Assembly: GCA_021788365.1 (NCBI GenBank)
Contig: JAJYKS010000001.1
Location: 137,962-201,961, forward strand
Reading direction: 5' to 3'
From: a bacterium
Lineage (GTDB): Bacteria; Patescibacteriota; Microgenomatia; UBA1400; UBA12108
DNA: 64,000 nt
Part shown: positions 19,816 through 29,252 of the stretch, one piece after another
How positions within the stretch are numbered: position 1 is the stretch's first letter
How the letters are laid out: each line of letters begins with the position of its first letter
Translations under genes and position numbers: made by a program
The notes under the pieces: generated by a model
What the model saw: the letters and a program-made list of their open reading frames with translations, nothing else
The model's database searches: none
Told to the model about the DNA's origin: nothing

Positions 19816-20844
19816 ATGCGGCACGCTGGAAAATTTTATCTCCTGCTCCTCGTTGTTGTGGGAGCGGTCGTAATTCTTCGCACCCGCACCAATCCCACAA
19901 CATCCGTTCTCCCATCCCCCACGTCTTCCCCCACGATTCCACTCTCGATTCTTGGTATGCGCGCGCGGCACTACCCGGGTAGCGATTTTGTCGTATCCCA
20001 AACACTTCCCGACACGGCGGATTATCATCAAGAGATTGTTTCATACCAGTCGGATGGTCTCACCCTGTACGGCCTTCTCACTATTCCAAAGGGAACGCCG
20101 CCTCCGGGGGGCTGGCCCGCCATCCTTTTCAATCATGGCTATGTGGATCCGCGTATCTATACGACAACGTCGCGCTATGTGCAGTTTGTCGCCGACCTAA
20201 CAAACGCTGGCTACGTTGTGTTTAAGCCGGATTATCGCGGAAACGGATCCTCTCAAGGAAAGCCCGATAGTCCCTATTTTTCACCGAACTACGCTATCGA
20301 CGACCTCAACGCCCTCTCGAGCTTGCGGCGAGACAGCCGAGTCAATCCCTCAAAAATCGGCATTTGGGGACACAGCATGGGTGGGAACGTGACTATGCGA
20401 GTGCTTGTGACCAACACAACCGATATTCGCGCCGCTGTTATCTGGAGCGGTGTGGTGGGAACGTATGACGAGATTATCAATCATTGGCAGAACATGCCGG
20501 ATATCACGTACAACCCATCGCTCTATGAGATGGGAGAGCGGTATCTTGGCAAGGATGCACTGGTTGGCGCGTATGGGGAGCCTTTGGCTAATCAAAGTTT
20601 CTGGAATACTATTGATCCTACGCACTATCTTGCTGATATTACGATCCCGGTGCAGCTTGAGATCTCAGATCACGATAATGAAGTGCCGCACAATTGGTCG
20701 GAGCAGCTTTATAGCCAACTCAAGAACCTCGGGAAAACAACCGAACTATATACATACCCTGGAACCGACCATAATATTTTGCCGCCTAACTACGCCACCG
20801 CCATGGCACGAACCATCGAATTTTTCAACAGGTATGTGAAGTAA
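19816..20844 (+). CDS. Alpha/beta hydrolase (S9 peptidase-like), exported
   Basis: NHGY, PDYRGNG, GHSMG, D..VP, TDHN. Confidence 0.85.
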   Translation: MRHAGKFYLLLLVVVGAVVILRTRTNPTTSVLPSPTSSPTIPLSILGMRARHYPGSDFVVSQTLPDTADYHQEIVSYQSDGLTLYGLLTIPKGTPPPGGWPAILFNHGYVDPRIYTTTSRYVQFVADLTNAGYVVFKPDYRGNGSSQGKPDSPYFSPNYAIDDLNALSSLRRDSRVNPSKIGIWGHSMGGNVTMRVLVTNTTDIRAAVIWSGVVGTYDEIINHWQNMPDITYNPSLYEMGERYLGKDALVGAYGEPLANQSFWNTIDPTHYLADITIPVQLEISDHDNEVPHNWSEQLYSQLKNLGKTTELYTYPGTDHNILPPNYATAMARTIEFFNRYVK

Positions 20845-20865
20845 TTTTCAGCTTGTCAGTATATA

Positions 20866-22170
20866 ATGGGCGGTTCTATGTCAGTCGTAGATGAAAACCT
20901 GATTCTTGAGGAAAGCGCGGAAGTTGCGGCCGCGAGTGTGCCTTGGACCCAAAAAATACTTACGGTTTTCCCCGCTTTTTCGAGTCGCAACTATCAGCTC
21001 TACTTTTTTGGCCAGCTTGTCTCCATGATTGGCACGTGGCTACAGATCGTTGCCGAAGGGTGGTTGGTGTTCCAACTTACGCATTCGGCGCTTTACGTTG
21101 GGCTCGATGCTGCTGCCGCTATGATTCCGTCGCTTTTTCTGTCGCTTTTTGGCGGCGTTATCGTAGACAAATTTCCTAAGCGTACCATTCTCTTCGTCAC
21201 TCAAACGGCTGCGATGGTACTCGCCCTCATACTTGGCGTTATGACCATTACCGGCACTGTCACCGTGTGGTGGATTATCTTTCTCGCATTTCTCCTTGGT
21301 ATTGTGAGTGCGGTCAACACACCAGCGCTCCAATCGTATGTTGTTGAGCTTGTCGAAGATAAGTCTCATCTAGCCTCGGCTATTGCTCTTGGCGCCGGTA
21401 TGTTCAATGCGGCTCGTGCCATTGGCCCCACTGTCGCGGGGCTCCTCATTGCGGTATATGGCACCGGCGTTGCATTCATACTCAATGGTGTTTCGTATCT
21501 TGCCATTATTGTTGCTCTGTACTTTATCCGTACACAGCCAATACGGCATGGAGTTGCCGAAAATCCACTAGCCGCTATACGTGAGGGGCTTGCGTATACA
21601 TTTTCACACGAGACAATCCGACTCCTGCTCGTTCTCACCGGCATTATCTCTATTTTCGGATGGTCGTATTCAACACTCATGCCAGTCATTGCGACAACAA
21701 TATTCCACTCGGGAGCAGACACGCTTGGCTATCTTTATGCGACAACTGGGCTGGGTGCATTTACCGGCGCCATGGTCGTATCTGCCTACGCAAAGCGGAT
21801 AAGTGCCGAACGATTTATCTTGGGCGGGCTTACGCTTTTTGCGTTGTCGCTTTTCACCTTTACGTTTGTCACCAGTCTTCCCGTGGCATACCTCGTGTTG
21901 TTTGTCGTTGGATTTGGACTTGTCATGCTGTTCTCCACAACCAATAGCAGCATCCAACACGCAGTCGAGGACCATATGCGTGGGCGAGTTATGAGTATAT
22001 ATGCGTTGGTGTTTATGGGACTCGCACCGATCGGAAACGTAGAAATCGGCGCGGCGGCAGAACGGGTAGGAAGCGAAATGGCGATCCGTCTTTCGGTCGT
22101 TGTCGTCGCCCTGTTTGCCATGTACCTTTACCCCAGGCGACATAAGCTGGTCGTGCGCCACGTGGCGTAA
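20866..22170 (+). CDS. MFS transporter
   Basis: 12-TM pattern, GQLVSMIGTWLQ, GVIVDKFPKR, HMRGRVMSIY. Confidence 0.9.
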   Translation: MGGSMSVVDENLILEESAEVAAASVPWTQKILTVFPAFSSRNYQLYFFGQLVSMIGTWLQIVAEGWLVFQLTHSALYVGLDAAAAMIPSLFLSLFGGVIVDKFPKRTILFVTQTAAMVLALILGVMTITGTVTVWWIIFLAFLLGIVSAVNTPALQSYVVELVEDKSHLASAIALGAGMFNAARAIGPTVAGLLIAVYGTGVAFILNGVSYLAIIVALYFIRTQPIRHGVAENPLAAIREGLAYTFSHETIRLLLVLTGIISIFGWSYSTLMPVIATTIFHSGADTLGYLYATTGLGAFTGAMVVSAYAKRISAERFILGGLTLFALSLFTFTFVTSLPVAYLVLFVVGFGLVMLFSTTNSSIQHAVEDHMRGRVMSIYALVFMGLAPIGNVEIGAAAERVGSEMAIRLSVVVVALFAMYLYPRRHKLVVRHVA

Positions 22171-22181
22171 GATACACCTAT

Positions 22182-22625
22182 ATGCGGTTGTTCTCACTTC
22201 TCCGAAACACGACCTATCAATTTGTTTTTGTTGTGGCTGGTGGGGTCGCGTATTTTCTCGTCCCTAACACGCTTTTTTCCCGAGAGCACATACTTCTTGT
22301 CGCACTTTTTATTTTGTTGTTTGCCACGACTGCGGTGTGTGTGGTACACGCTATGCGGGAGCGCATTGCGGCGGCGGCAACGGCGCAGCAGTCACTTTTT
22401 GGCATTATTGCCTCCGTACTCGGCTTTTCCGCGCTCCACGTGTGCGGGGCGGCGGCACCCGCGTGCGGAACTATTGCAAGTGTGGGACTTGCTGCAGCAT
22501 TTTTCCCTGGAGTACTCCTTTTTATCCGCCTGCACGGAACACTTCTCCTTTGGCTATCCATTGCACTCCAACTTGTGTCGCTCTATTTCTTAGGCTGTTT
22601 CCGGCGAGAACGTACGGTACAATAG
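22182..22625 (+). CDS. Hypothetical membrane protein with CxxxxxxC
   Basis: Four hydrophobic segments; CGAAAPAC. Confidence 0.5.
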   Translation: MRLFSLLRNTTYQFVFVVAGGVAYFLVPNTLFSREHILLVALFILLFATTAVCVVHAMRERIAAAATAQQSLFGIIASVLGFSALHVCGAAAPACGTIASVGLAAAFFPGVLLFIRLHGTLLLWLSIALQLVSLYFLGCFRRERTVQ

Positions 22626-22629
22626 CTAT

Positions 22630-23355
22630 ATGGAACCAGTTCTTTTTGCCATCGGTACATTCATCTCTACGACTTTGGGCGGACTTTTTGGCATCCGCAA
22701 TCACGACCGACTACACCTCATTATGAGCTTCACCGCAGGGGTGGTGGTGGCTGTGTCTTTTTTTGACATATTACCAGAGGCAATACGACTCACTCTTGCT
22801 AGCGGAGGCGCTATTGGTACCGTTTTTGCCGCGACAGTCATAGGCTTTCTTACTTTTCATATTCTCGAGAAAACGGCGGTCATCCATCATAGCCATGAGG
22901 AGTTTTATGCTGAACATGGGCACCCGCAGGTGGGACTCGTGGGAGCAGCGGGACTGTCGTTCCATAGCTTTTTGGATGGCGTGGGGATAGGCCTCGGCTT
23001 CCATGTAGGGACACACGTCGGTCTCATCATTTCCTTGGCTGTTATCGCTCACGATTTTTCTGACGGCTTGAATACCGTGACGTTTATGCTCACCCACGGA
23101 AACACTAAAGCGAAGGCATTTTCTATGCTCTTGGTCGATGCTCTCGCGCCAGTACTTGGCGTGTTTATCACTTTTCTCCACCCTATTGCCGAGACAGCAC
23201 TTGCACCCTATCTCGGTTTTTTTGCCGGGTTCCTACTCTACATAGGTGCGAGTGATTTACTCCCCGAAGCTCATAGCCACGAGTCTTCATACCGCATGAT
23301 ATCGCTTACCATCGTGGGGGTGCTTTTTATCTATATCGTGAGTCGATTTTCGTAA
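22630..23355 (+). CDS. ZIP family metal transporter
   Basis: DILPEA, His-rich loop HHSHE..HGH, HSFLDG, AHDFSDG, LLPEAH. Confidence 0.9.
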   Translation: MEPVLFAIGTFISTTLGGLFGIRNHDRLHLIMSFTAGVVVAVSFFDILPEAIRLTLASGGAIGTVFAATVIGFLTFHILEKTAVIHHSHEEFYAEHGHPQVGLVGAAGLSFHSFLDGVGIGLGFHVGTHVGLIISLAVIAHDFSDGLNTVTFMLTHGNTKAKAFSMLLVDALAPVLGVFITFLHPIAETALAPYLGFFAGFLLYIGASDLLPEAHSHESSYRMISLTIVGVLFIYIVSRFS

Positions 23356-23356
23356 G

Positions 23357-24487
23357 TTATTGTGAGAGCGGAGCAACGCAGCGGAAGCCGACGTCGTCTA
23401 TTCCTGTTTTATCGGGCGGTGGCGATAGGTGGATGTTAAAGATGCCATCGTCCCATCCGTGGCGCCAGTTCCCACCGCGGATTACCCCATATACTGCCGT
23501 GCTTGTGTCCTCTCCGGGTGTGCTGTAGTGATAGATGCGGCCAACACCGTTTCCGGCATTCCACGCGGGGTTACTCGGCCGGAACGCGTCGTAGCCTAGC
23601 GACGGACCGGATCCATTACCCGTTATCACGCTTGTCGAAGATCCTGGGGCAAAATCGCTCGTGTGCCAGCCGGTTTGCACGACTCCTGAAACCTCCGAGT
23701 GTGGCTCGTCTTTTCTTAGTACTGTCATATCGACCCACTCCCAGACGTTCCCGGCGAGGTCCCATAGAATCTCACCGTTAGAAAGGGTGAGCGTGCGTTT
23801 TTCTGAGCTGCCGCCACACGTGCCATCCGCGTTGTTGCTGGTGCCAAAACATGGTGCGGAGTCTATCCCAGCAATCAAGGCACGAGTGCCGAATTTGTGG
23901 CCATTGGCAAGGATTTTCCCTGTGGCTCCTGGGGTGGCACCACAATTTTCTCCATTTTTATCGCACCAATTGGCAGGAATAGTTTCCGCATTCCTTGCGA
24001 TTGTCATCCATTCTGGATTGGTGATGACGTGCCAGCCACGGGCGGCACAGTAGGCGCTGGCATTATCTTCGCCACTTCCCACCATGGGAATAAAGGTGAT
24101 GGGATAGCCAGAGGCAGTTGAGACCACTTGGCGACTCCCCGTGCAGCTACAACCCACGCCATTATTTTTGTATGTGCCGTTGTCTTTGCCGTAGCTTACG
24201 CCGTCGCACGCGGTGCCGGCCTTTGGTTCTAGTCCCACGGTGGGAGTCCTTTTCTCTGCACACTTGGCTTCGTATTTCATCACACAAAAATCACTGGTGT
24301 GGTAGAGCGGGCTACCCGGAACGCGAACGAAGCCCGCGGGACAGTGCAGGACCGGGATGGGCGAGGGCGCGGGTAGGACACTCAGCGGCGGGCCAGGGAG
24401 GATACGGGGTGTGTGCCACCATATAACTCCCACCACTAGCGCAGTTACAACAACACCACCGGGGACGAGCCATTTCAGATAGTGCAC
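23357..24487 (-). CDS. Membrane-anchored FGE-sulfatase/C-type-lectin fold protein
   Basis: FCVMKYEA, WDLAGNVWEW, RGGNW...VGFRC. Confidence 0.75.
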   Translation of the reverse strand: MHYLKWLVPGGVVVTALVVGVIWWHTPRILPGPPLSVLPAPSPIPVLHCPAGFVRVPGSPLYHTSDFCVMKYEAKCAEKRTPTVGLEPKAGTACDGVSYGKDNGTYKNNGVGCSCTGSRQVVSTASGYPITFIPMVGSGEDNASAYCAARGWHVITNPEWMTIARNAETIPANWCDKNGENCGATPGATGKILANGHKFGTRALIAGIDSAPCFGTSNNADGTCGGSSEKRTLTLSNGEILWDLAGNVWEWVDMTVLRKDEPHSEVSGVVQTGWHTSDFAPGSSTSVITGNGSGPSLGYDAFRPSNPAWNAGNGVGRIYHYSTPGEDTSTAVYGVIRGGNWRHGWDDGIFNIHLSPPPDKTGIDDVGFRCVAPLSQ

Positions 24488-24503
24488 TGTTCTATTGTAC
24501 CCG

Positions 24504-25052
24504 TTACTGGCACGCCGTCAGCCAGTTGGTCGCTATTTCCTGCTGCGCGGCGGCGAGCGAGAGCTCGTGGTTGCAGACTTTTTCGTGACAGCGATTCTCA
24601 ACTTTATCTTTGGCGTTCGGGGAGGCACCACGCTCCGGCCACAAGTTTTTGGGGTCTGCCGGAGCGCCACCCAATTCTAGCGATACGAGATGGTCTTCCT
24701 CGAAATTACGCGGATCTTGCCCGCTATACCCATATGTCTCCATTTGTGCGAGCTTGAGTTTGTTTGTGTACTCGACTGGCGGGCGAACGGTCGCGGTGTA
24801 GCCCTTTTTGCAAATGGTCTCGGCGAGATTGTCTTGCGTCACTCGTGGGTCTGTCACCCCCGGCGTGCAAAAGGAATCGGGGAGACCATTGGTACTTATG
24901 CAGTGGGTGGGGGCGGCGGAGGATAGAGGTGCAGGAGTAGCCGACTGAGCAGGAGCTACAGACGGGCTGGGACGGGAGGTGCCGAGACTCAGGAAAATAA
25001 TGGCACAAAAAATAAGGGCGGAGAGTACAAAGCCTATTGACCGAGAACTCAT
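24504..25052 (-). CDS. Exported HNH-like protein
   Basis: Signal/TM, EEDHLVSLELGGAPADPKNLWPE, KDKVEN..H..VC. Confidence 0.6.
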   Translation of the reverse strand: MSSRSIGFVLSALIFCAIIFLSLGTSRPSPSVAPAQSATPAPLSSAAPTHCISTNGLPDSFCTPGVTDPRVTQDNLAETICKKGYTATVRPPVEYTNKLKLAQMETYGYSGQDPRNFEEDHLVSLELGGAPADPKNLWPERGASPNAKDKVENRCHEKVCNHELSLAAAQQEIATNWLTACQ

Positions 25053-25095
25053 ACCGAGAGTATACAGGATTTATTACCATCAACGAGGGGGCTCT

Positions 25096-25524
25096 ATGGC
25101 GGATAAGAAAAGTACGACAGTTAAAGGATTTTCGGATGACGAGCGAGCGGCCATGAAGGAACGCGTCGCCGAGCTCAATATGGGCAAGTCGGAGGGCGAG
25201 GCAGCGGTACTCGCGAAGCTCGCGGCCATGACGGGAGATGATCGCACGATCGGCGAGCGGCTACACAAAATCATCATGGAGAACGCCCCCACCCTCACGC
25301 CCAGAACGTGGTATGGTATGCCGGCCTATGCCTATCCCGACGGGAAGATTGTCTGCTTTTTCCAGAATGCCGGAAAGTTTAAGGCGCGATACCAGATCCT
25401 TGGTTTTAGCGACAAGGCACACCTTGATGACGGCGCTATGTGGCCGGCGAGTTACGCTATTACGAAATTGACCCCCTCGGACGAGGCAAAGATTGTAGCA
25501 CTCGTGCGGAAGGCTGTTGGGTAA
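25096..25524 (+). CDS. DUF1801/YdhG-like protein
   Basis: PRTWYGMPAYA..GKIVCFFQ..KFKARY..GFSD. Confidence 0.75.
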   Translation: MADKKSTTVKGFSDDERAAMKERVAELNMGKSEGEAAVLAKLAAMTGDDRTIGERLHKIIMENAPTLTPRTWYGMPAYAYPDGKIVCFFQNAGKFKARYQILGFSDKAHLDDGAMWPASYAITKLTPSDEAKIVALVRKAVG

Positions 25525-25589
25525 AAATGTGGCAAAGCTAGAGCGGGTAAGTACAGGCAGTTTGCTGGCGCCCCTAAACTCCAGAAGGC

Positions 25590-26627
25590 CTATTTCAGAA
25601 GATAAGGTGCAAACTGATCGATGTTTTGACCGACAACAAAGCGGGCAAATTCTACAGCGCCATTGGCTTCGTAATATTCGCGTGCTTCTTCTATAAAACG
25701 AGTAATTGTTTGCGATACGGAAAAGTCTGCGCTTTGCGGCATTTGTACCGCGCGATCGTAATATGCCTGGCCCATTTCTTCTTTAACCCATGGATTTTGT
25801 CGTACCAAGAAGTTCCCTTTTTCTTCTGTCGCCATTTCCGGATGTGGTTGGATTTGGTACAGGACTGCGCCATTTGAGAAGGTTATTTTGCTCGCTTGGA
25901 TAAAAGTGCTATCTTGTTGTTGTAGTCCGTTTTCATCTAGATAACCACGCCTGACGGCGAGCGTGTCCGCTGCAATTACCACTATTTCTCCCCGTGCTGT
26001 TTGCACCTGAGTACCGACTTTAGGTAGTTCTGCCACGTAGTCACTATGTAGATGAGGGGCATAGAATGTTTCTGGTAATCGCCCGAATATTTTGTCTTGT
26101 TTTCCAGCTTCTGTTAACTCCTGTGCAAGCCACCCCGCTTCCGTTACCGTTTGTCCGTATGAATTTTCGGGCAATCTCCCAATTTTCCCACCGACTGCGT
26201 GGACGGCTAGCTGTCCGCCAAAACAGATTCCAAATACCCACTTCCCCTCGCCGAGTTCGTTCCGTACGGCAGCCTCGCCTCTATCCAATGCCTCCTTGTC
26301 CTCTGCAGAAAATGCAGATGGGTCACCCTCTTGAAATTTGTACATCGACATTCCCGAGCCACTGAGGATTAATGCATCATTGTTATTTATCGCTTTCGCG
26401 TTCTCAACATTTCCGAGCAGGGTTCGGAAGAACCATGGTTGATTTGCCCGGAACCATACAGATCCCTTTGGGAGTTGTCTTGCAATATTGAGGGGATACT
26501 GTCGCTTATCCGCAAGTAGTGGTTTTAGTTCGTCAGGAATGCCGATTTCTGTTGCCTGATCCTGTGCCATTCGCGATGGGTTGAAATCAATGATCTGAAC
26601 GTCAAATGTTTCTTTTTTGCTAGACAT
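25590..26627 (-). CDS. Class I glutamine amidotransferase-like protein
   Basis: ILSGSG, GICFGGQ nucleophile, QPHPE His-Glu dyad. Confidence 0.8.
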   Translation of the reverse strand: MSSKKETFDVQIIDFNPSRMAQDQATEIGIPDELKPLLADKRQYPLNIARQLPKGSVWFRANQPWFFRTLLGNVENAKAINNNDALILSGSGMSMYKFQEGDPSAFSAEDKEALDRGEAAVRNELGEGKWVFGICFGGQLAVHAVGGKIGRLPENSYGQTVTEAGWLAQELTEAGKQDKIFGRLPETFYAPHLHSDYVAELPKVGTQVQTARGEIVVIAADTLAVRRGYLDENGLQQQDSTFIQASKITFSNGAVLYQIQPHPEMATEEKGNFLVRQNPWVKEEMGQAYYDRAVQMPQSADFSVSQTITRFIEEAREYYEANGAVEFARFVVGQNIDQFAPYLLK

Positions 26628-26718
26628 GACTATATTTTATCAAGATCCATTCGTTCATCTGAGCTTAACCAGATGGTTAAAAGGAATGATTCTGCACTAT
26701 TTTGTTCAATAATTTTAT

Positions 26719-27240
26719 CTATTTATTTATTGGTAAAGTTTTTTCTACCCTCGTGGCAAATTGCATCTTTAGAGCTTCGTCGGTACTCAAAATTTTTCCT
26801 TTATCAAAGGTCTTTCTGATGTTTTTCACCTTTGGTAGTTCCGCTGCCAATATCTCAAAATATCGATCATCTATCTGTCGTAAGAAGTTTGTTGTTTCGG
26901 ATTGTACGGAAATTACCTGTGACTGCTGAGGGCCGTTATAAGTTGGGGGGTGAAACCTTACCCTGCAATTTTCAATTAATGTTTTTTCCTTTCCGGATAG
27001 AAACAATATAATAGCTGCTGAATCTACTTGACCAAAACCTACTGTGTTAAGATTTAATCTTGTAGCTTTGACAAAATCATAAAACCGGATGGCCGAGTCA
27101 ATATCGCCACCTGTGGACGATATGTAAAGAGTAACTTTTACGTTTGGGTCAACGTATAATTGTTTTAATATATCGATAATTGCATCGCCTACGCTTTTTT
27201 CAGTAACCGAACACGGGAACATATACCAATATTTGTTCAT
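26719..27240 (-). CDS. ClpP-like (S14) protease
   Basis: YISSTGGDI, GQVDSAA (catalytic Ser), RFHPP, LSTDEAL. Confidence 0.75.
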   Translation of the reverse strand: MNKYWYMFPCSVTEKSVGDAIIDILKQLYVDPNVKVTLYISSTGGDIDSAIRFYDFVKATRLNLNTVGFGQVDSAAIILFLSGKEKTLIENCRVRFHPPTYNGPQQSQVISVQSETTNFLRQIDDRYFEILAAELPKVKNIRKTFDKGKILSTDEALKMQFATRVEKTLPINK

Positions 27241-27316
27241 GATTTAATTTACAATTTTAACAAATTTTTACTTTTAGTATAGCAATGCATGCCTCGGACT
27301 GTTATGAACTGAGATC

Positions 27317-28186
27317 TTATCTATCTATCCTAACTAGCGATCTACCAGGCGTTATCCATTTTTGCGTAACAATTTCTATTAACTTTGAGAAAGGCTCTGC
27401 GTTTACCACCTGAAATAACTCCTGCGCTTCTCTTGTCATTAGGACCTCTCCAACAGCAAACTCTATCTTCTCTTCGTTAGTATTAATAACATAAATCTCA
27501 TTACCGCATTGCACTGGTATTGTTTTGGCAGAACCGACCGTTAGCTTAAAACCACTAATACTGTTAAAGTGGATTAATCCCAGACTTTCTAAGTGCTGGA
27601 GATCCTCAAAGGAAAATGTTCCATTGCTGTATTTAGCCTCTGAAGGGTCAGGAAAAATTAAGGGAACTTTTCTACCCCCGCCAACTATTGCAGTATAACC
27701 GCATATTCTTGAGAAAAGATTCGCATCATCCTGTCGCATATTAGCAAGTATGGACATTGTCTTGTACGAATAGCTTCCATTTCTTATAAATTCACCTGAT
27801 AATACTTTTGACCAAATATTTTGCATTTCTTCATTCGAAATATCTTGCGAAAAATTAAAATATTTCCTGACCCAATCAGTGTCAACTTGTTGATCTATAG
27901 GTTTTCCGCTTTCATGGAGATTTTTAAGAGCTTTTTCGGTAATTTGGTTGATATTCTTTTGATGAATTGTTTCAAGGTTCGCTAACCGATATAAGGCTTG
28001 TCTTTGTAGTCTTGAAACATTTATATCACCCTTCGCTTTTATAATTGAAGCATCAGATTCTGCTTTTGCTTTTCGTCTTATTTTAGTTGGCTCATATAAC
28101 GTATACCCAGCATGTGCAATAATATCGAGCGCTTTTGTAATTGTCTTACTTTCTATATCTATATGAAACGCTAATGGGTTTGCCAT
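27317..28186 (-). CDS. DUF2806-like protein
   Basis: HQKNINQI, VDTDW..YF..SQDISNEEMQNIWSKVLSGE..GSYS. Confidence 0.7.
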   Translation of the reverse strand: MANPLAFHIDIESKTITKALDIIAHAGYTLYEPTKIRRKAKAESDASIIKAKGDINVSRLQRQALYRLANLETIHQKNINQITEKALKNLHESGKPIDQQVDTDWVRKYFNFSQDISNEEMQNIWSKVLSGEFIRNGSYSYKTMSILANMRQDDANLFSRICGYTAIVGGGRKVPLIFPDPSEAKYSNGTFSFEDLQHLESLGLIHFNSISGFKLTVGSAKTIPVQCGNEIYVINTNEEKIEFAVGEVLMTREAQELFQVVNAEPFSKLIEIVTQKWITPGRSLVRIDR

Positions 28187-28249
28187 GTTTTTAGCCTTAT
28201 CTATGTTTACAAGATGGCTGGCGCTCCTGAACTATGTGGGAACGTGGTA

Positions 28250-29041
28250 TCAGGTGGCGAGCGTATCTTGATAGTGAGACCACAATATGGGAGAGAACTG
28301 ACTCATCGCCTCTTTTACTTCCGCATATTCTGTGTGATTATTCTCTTCCTTCTCAATCCCATCGGACAGTACGTGACCCAGTACTCTGTCAGCATCCCCA
28401 TCAGCAACAGTAACCGATTCTGCGACTATTGCTAGGAGTTGTGCCGGTGTCGCTGCCCGTGATATAGCCTCATCGAGGATATTGAGGGCTTTGTCATATC
28501 GCTCCCACGACCGCTCACCACCCCACGTTCGCTCGTCATCTCCCCAACCGATCTCTTCAATGAGTGTTCGGGAGAGCGCATAGAGAACCAGACCCGAAAG
28601 TGAAGACATTTCATGCTCGTGTGACGCTGGAACCCTTCCTGGTTCGTAGTACCCCACGGGTTCATCCGACAAACGCGTCTTGGGAGTCGTCAAAGCAGCA
28701 TATAGCTCATTTTTCCCAGCTGCTTTCACTTTCTCTAGCACGTCTCCGGTCACAAAATCACACTCATCGTATCTGCGGCGGGTTATCGCGATACCGTGTG
28801 TCTCAATCTCTTCGACGGAGGGCTCTGGCTGTTCTTTACCATCGTGTTCTTTCCACCATTTCAGCCATTCTTGCCCGTAATAAGCAACAACGCCATCTGG
28901 CTGGGGGCAAGCATGTCTCCAGGCTGAAATGTAGAGTCGCTCCTTTGGAGTAAACTCATCAATCCTAGGATCATCCCCAAGGAACGTGCTGCTCCCAAAA
29001 TCTTTAGGTGTAAGGAATTCCTGTATGTCTGGTTTAGGCAT
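28250..29041 (-). CDS. Hypothetical protein
   Basis: 263-aa ORF; TATAAT 6 nt upstream of the ATG. Confidence 0.6.
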   Translation of the reverse strand: MPKPDIQEFLTPKDFGSSTFLGDDPRIDEFTPKERLYISAWRHACPQPDGVVAYYGQEWLKWWKEHDGKEQPEPSVEEIETHGIAITRRRYDECDFVTGDVLEKVKAAGKNELYAALTTPKTRLSDEPVGYYEPGRVPASHEHEMSSLSGLVLYALSRTLIEEIGWGDDERTWGGERSWERYDKALNILDEAISRAATPAQLLAIVAESVTVADGDADRVLGHVLSDGIEKEENNHTEYAEVKEAMSQFSPILWSHYQDTLAT

Positions 29042-29252
29042 GAGTGTATTATACCCTATAACGCAATCATTGCCTGGGAGGTTCGAATCCTTACCCGCCT
29101 TACACTAGTTTGATCTAGTCACTCCAGAGGGGGACCAAGAGCTGCGGGGTACGGTCTAGCACCGTTTCGTCCGTATAGTCATTGTCTCACATCCAGGGTA
29201 AATGAGACAAATGGGACAGTACTTGACTACTTAATTGATTAATATTAATGAT

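Noticed and set aside
23357-23490. Complete diversity-generating retroelement
   Set aside because: No reverse transcriptase or template repeat is visible in the window.
29075-29100. Intact tRNA gene
   Set aside because: Only a T-arm-like fragment; no D-arm, anticodon arm or pairing acceptor stem.
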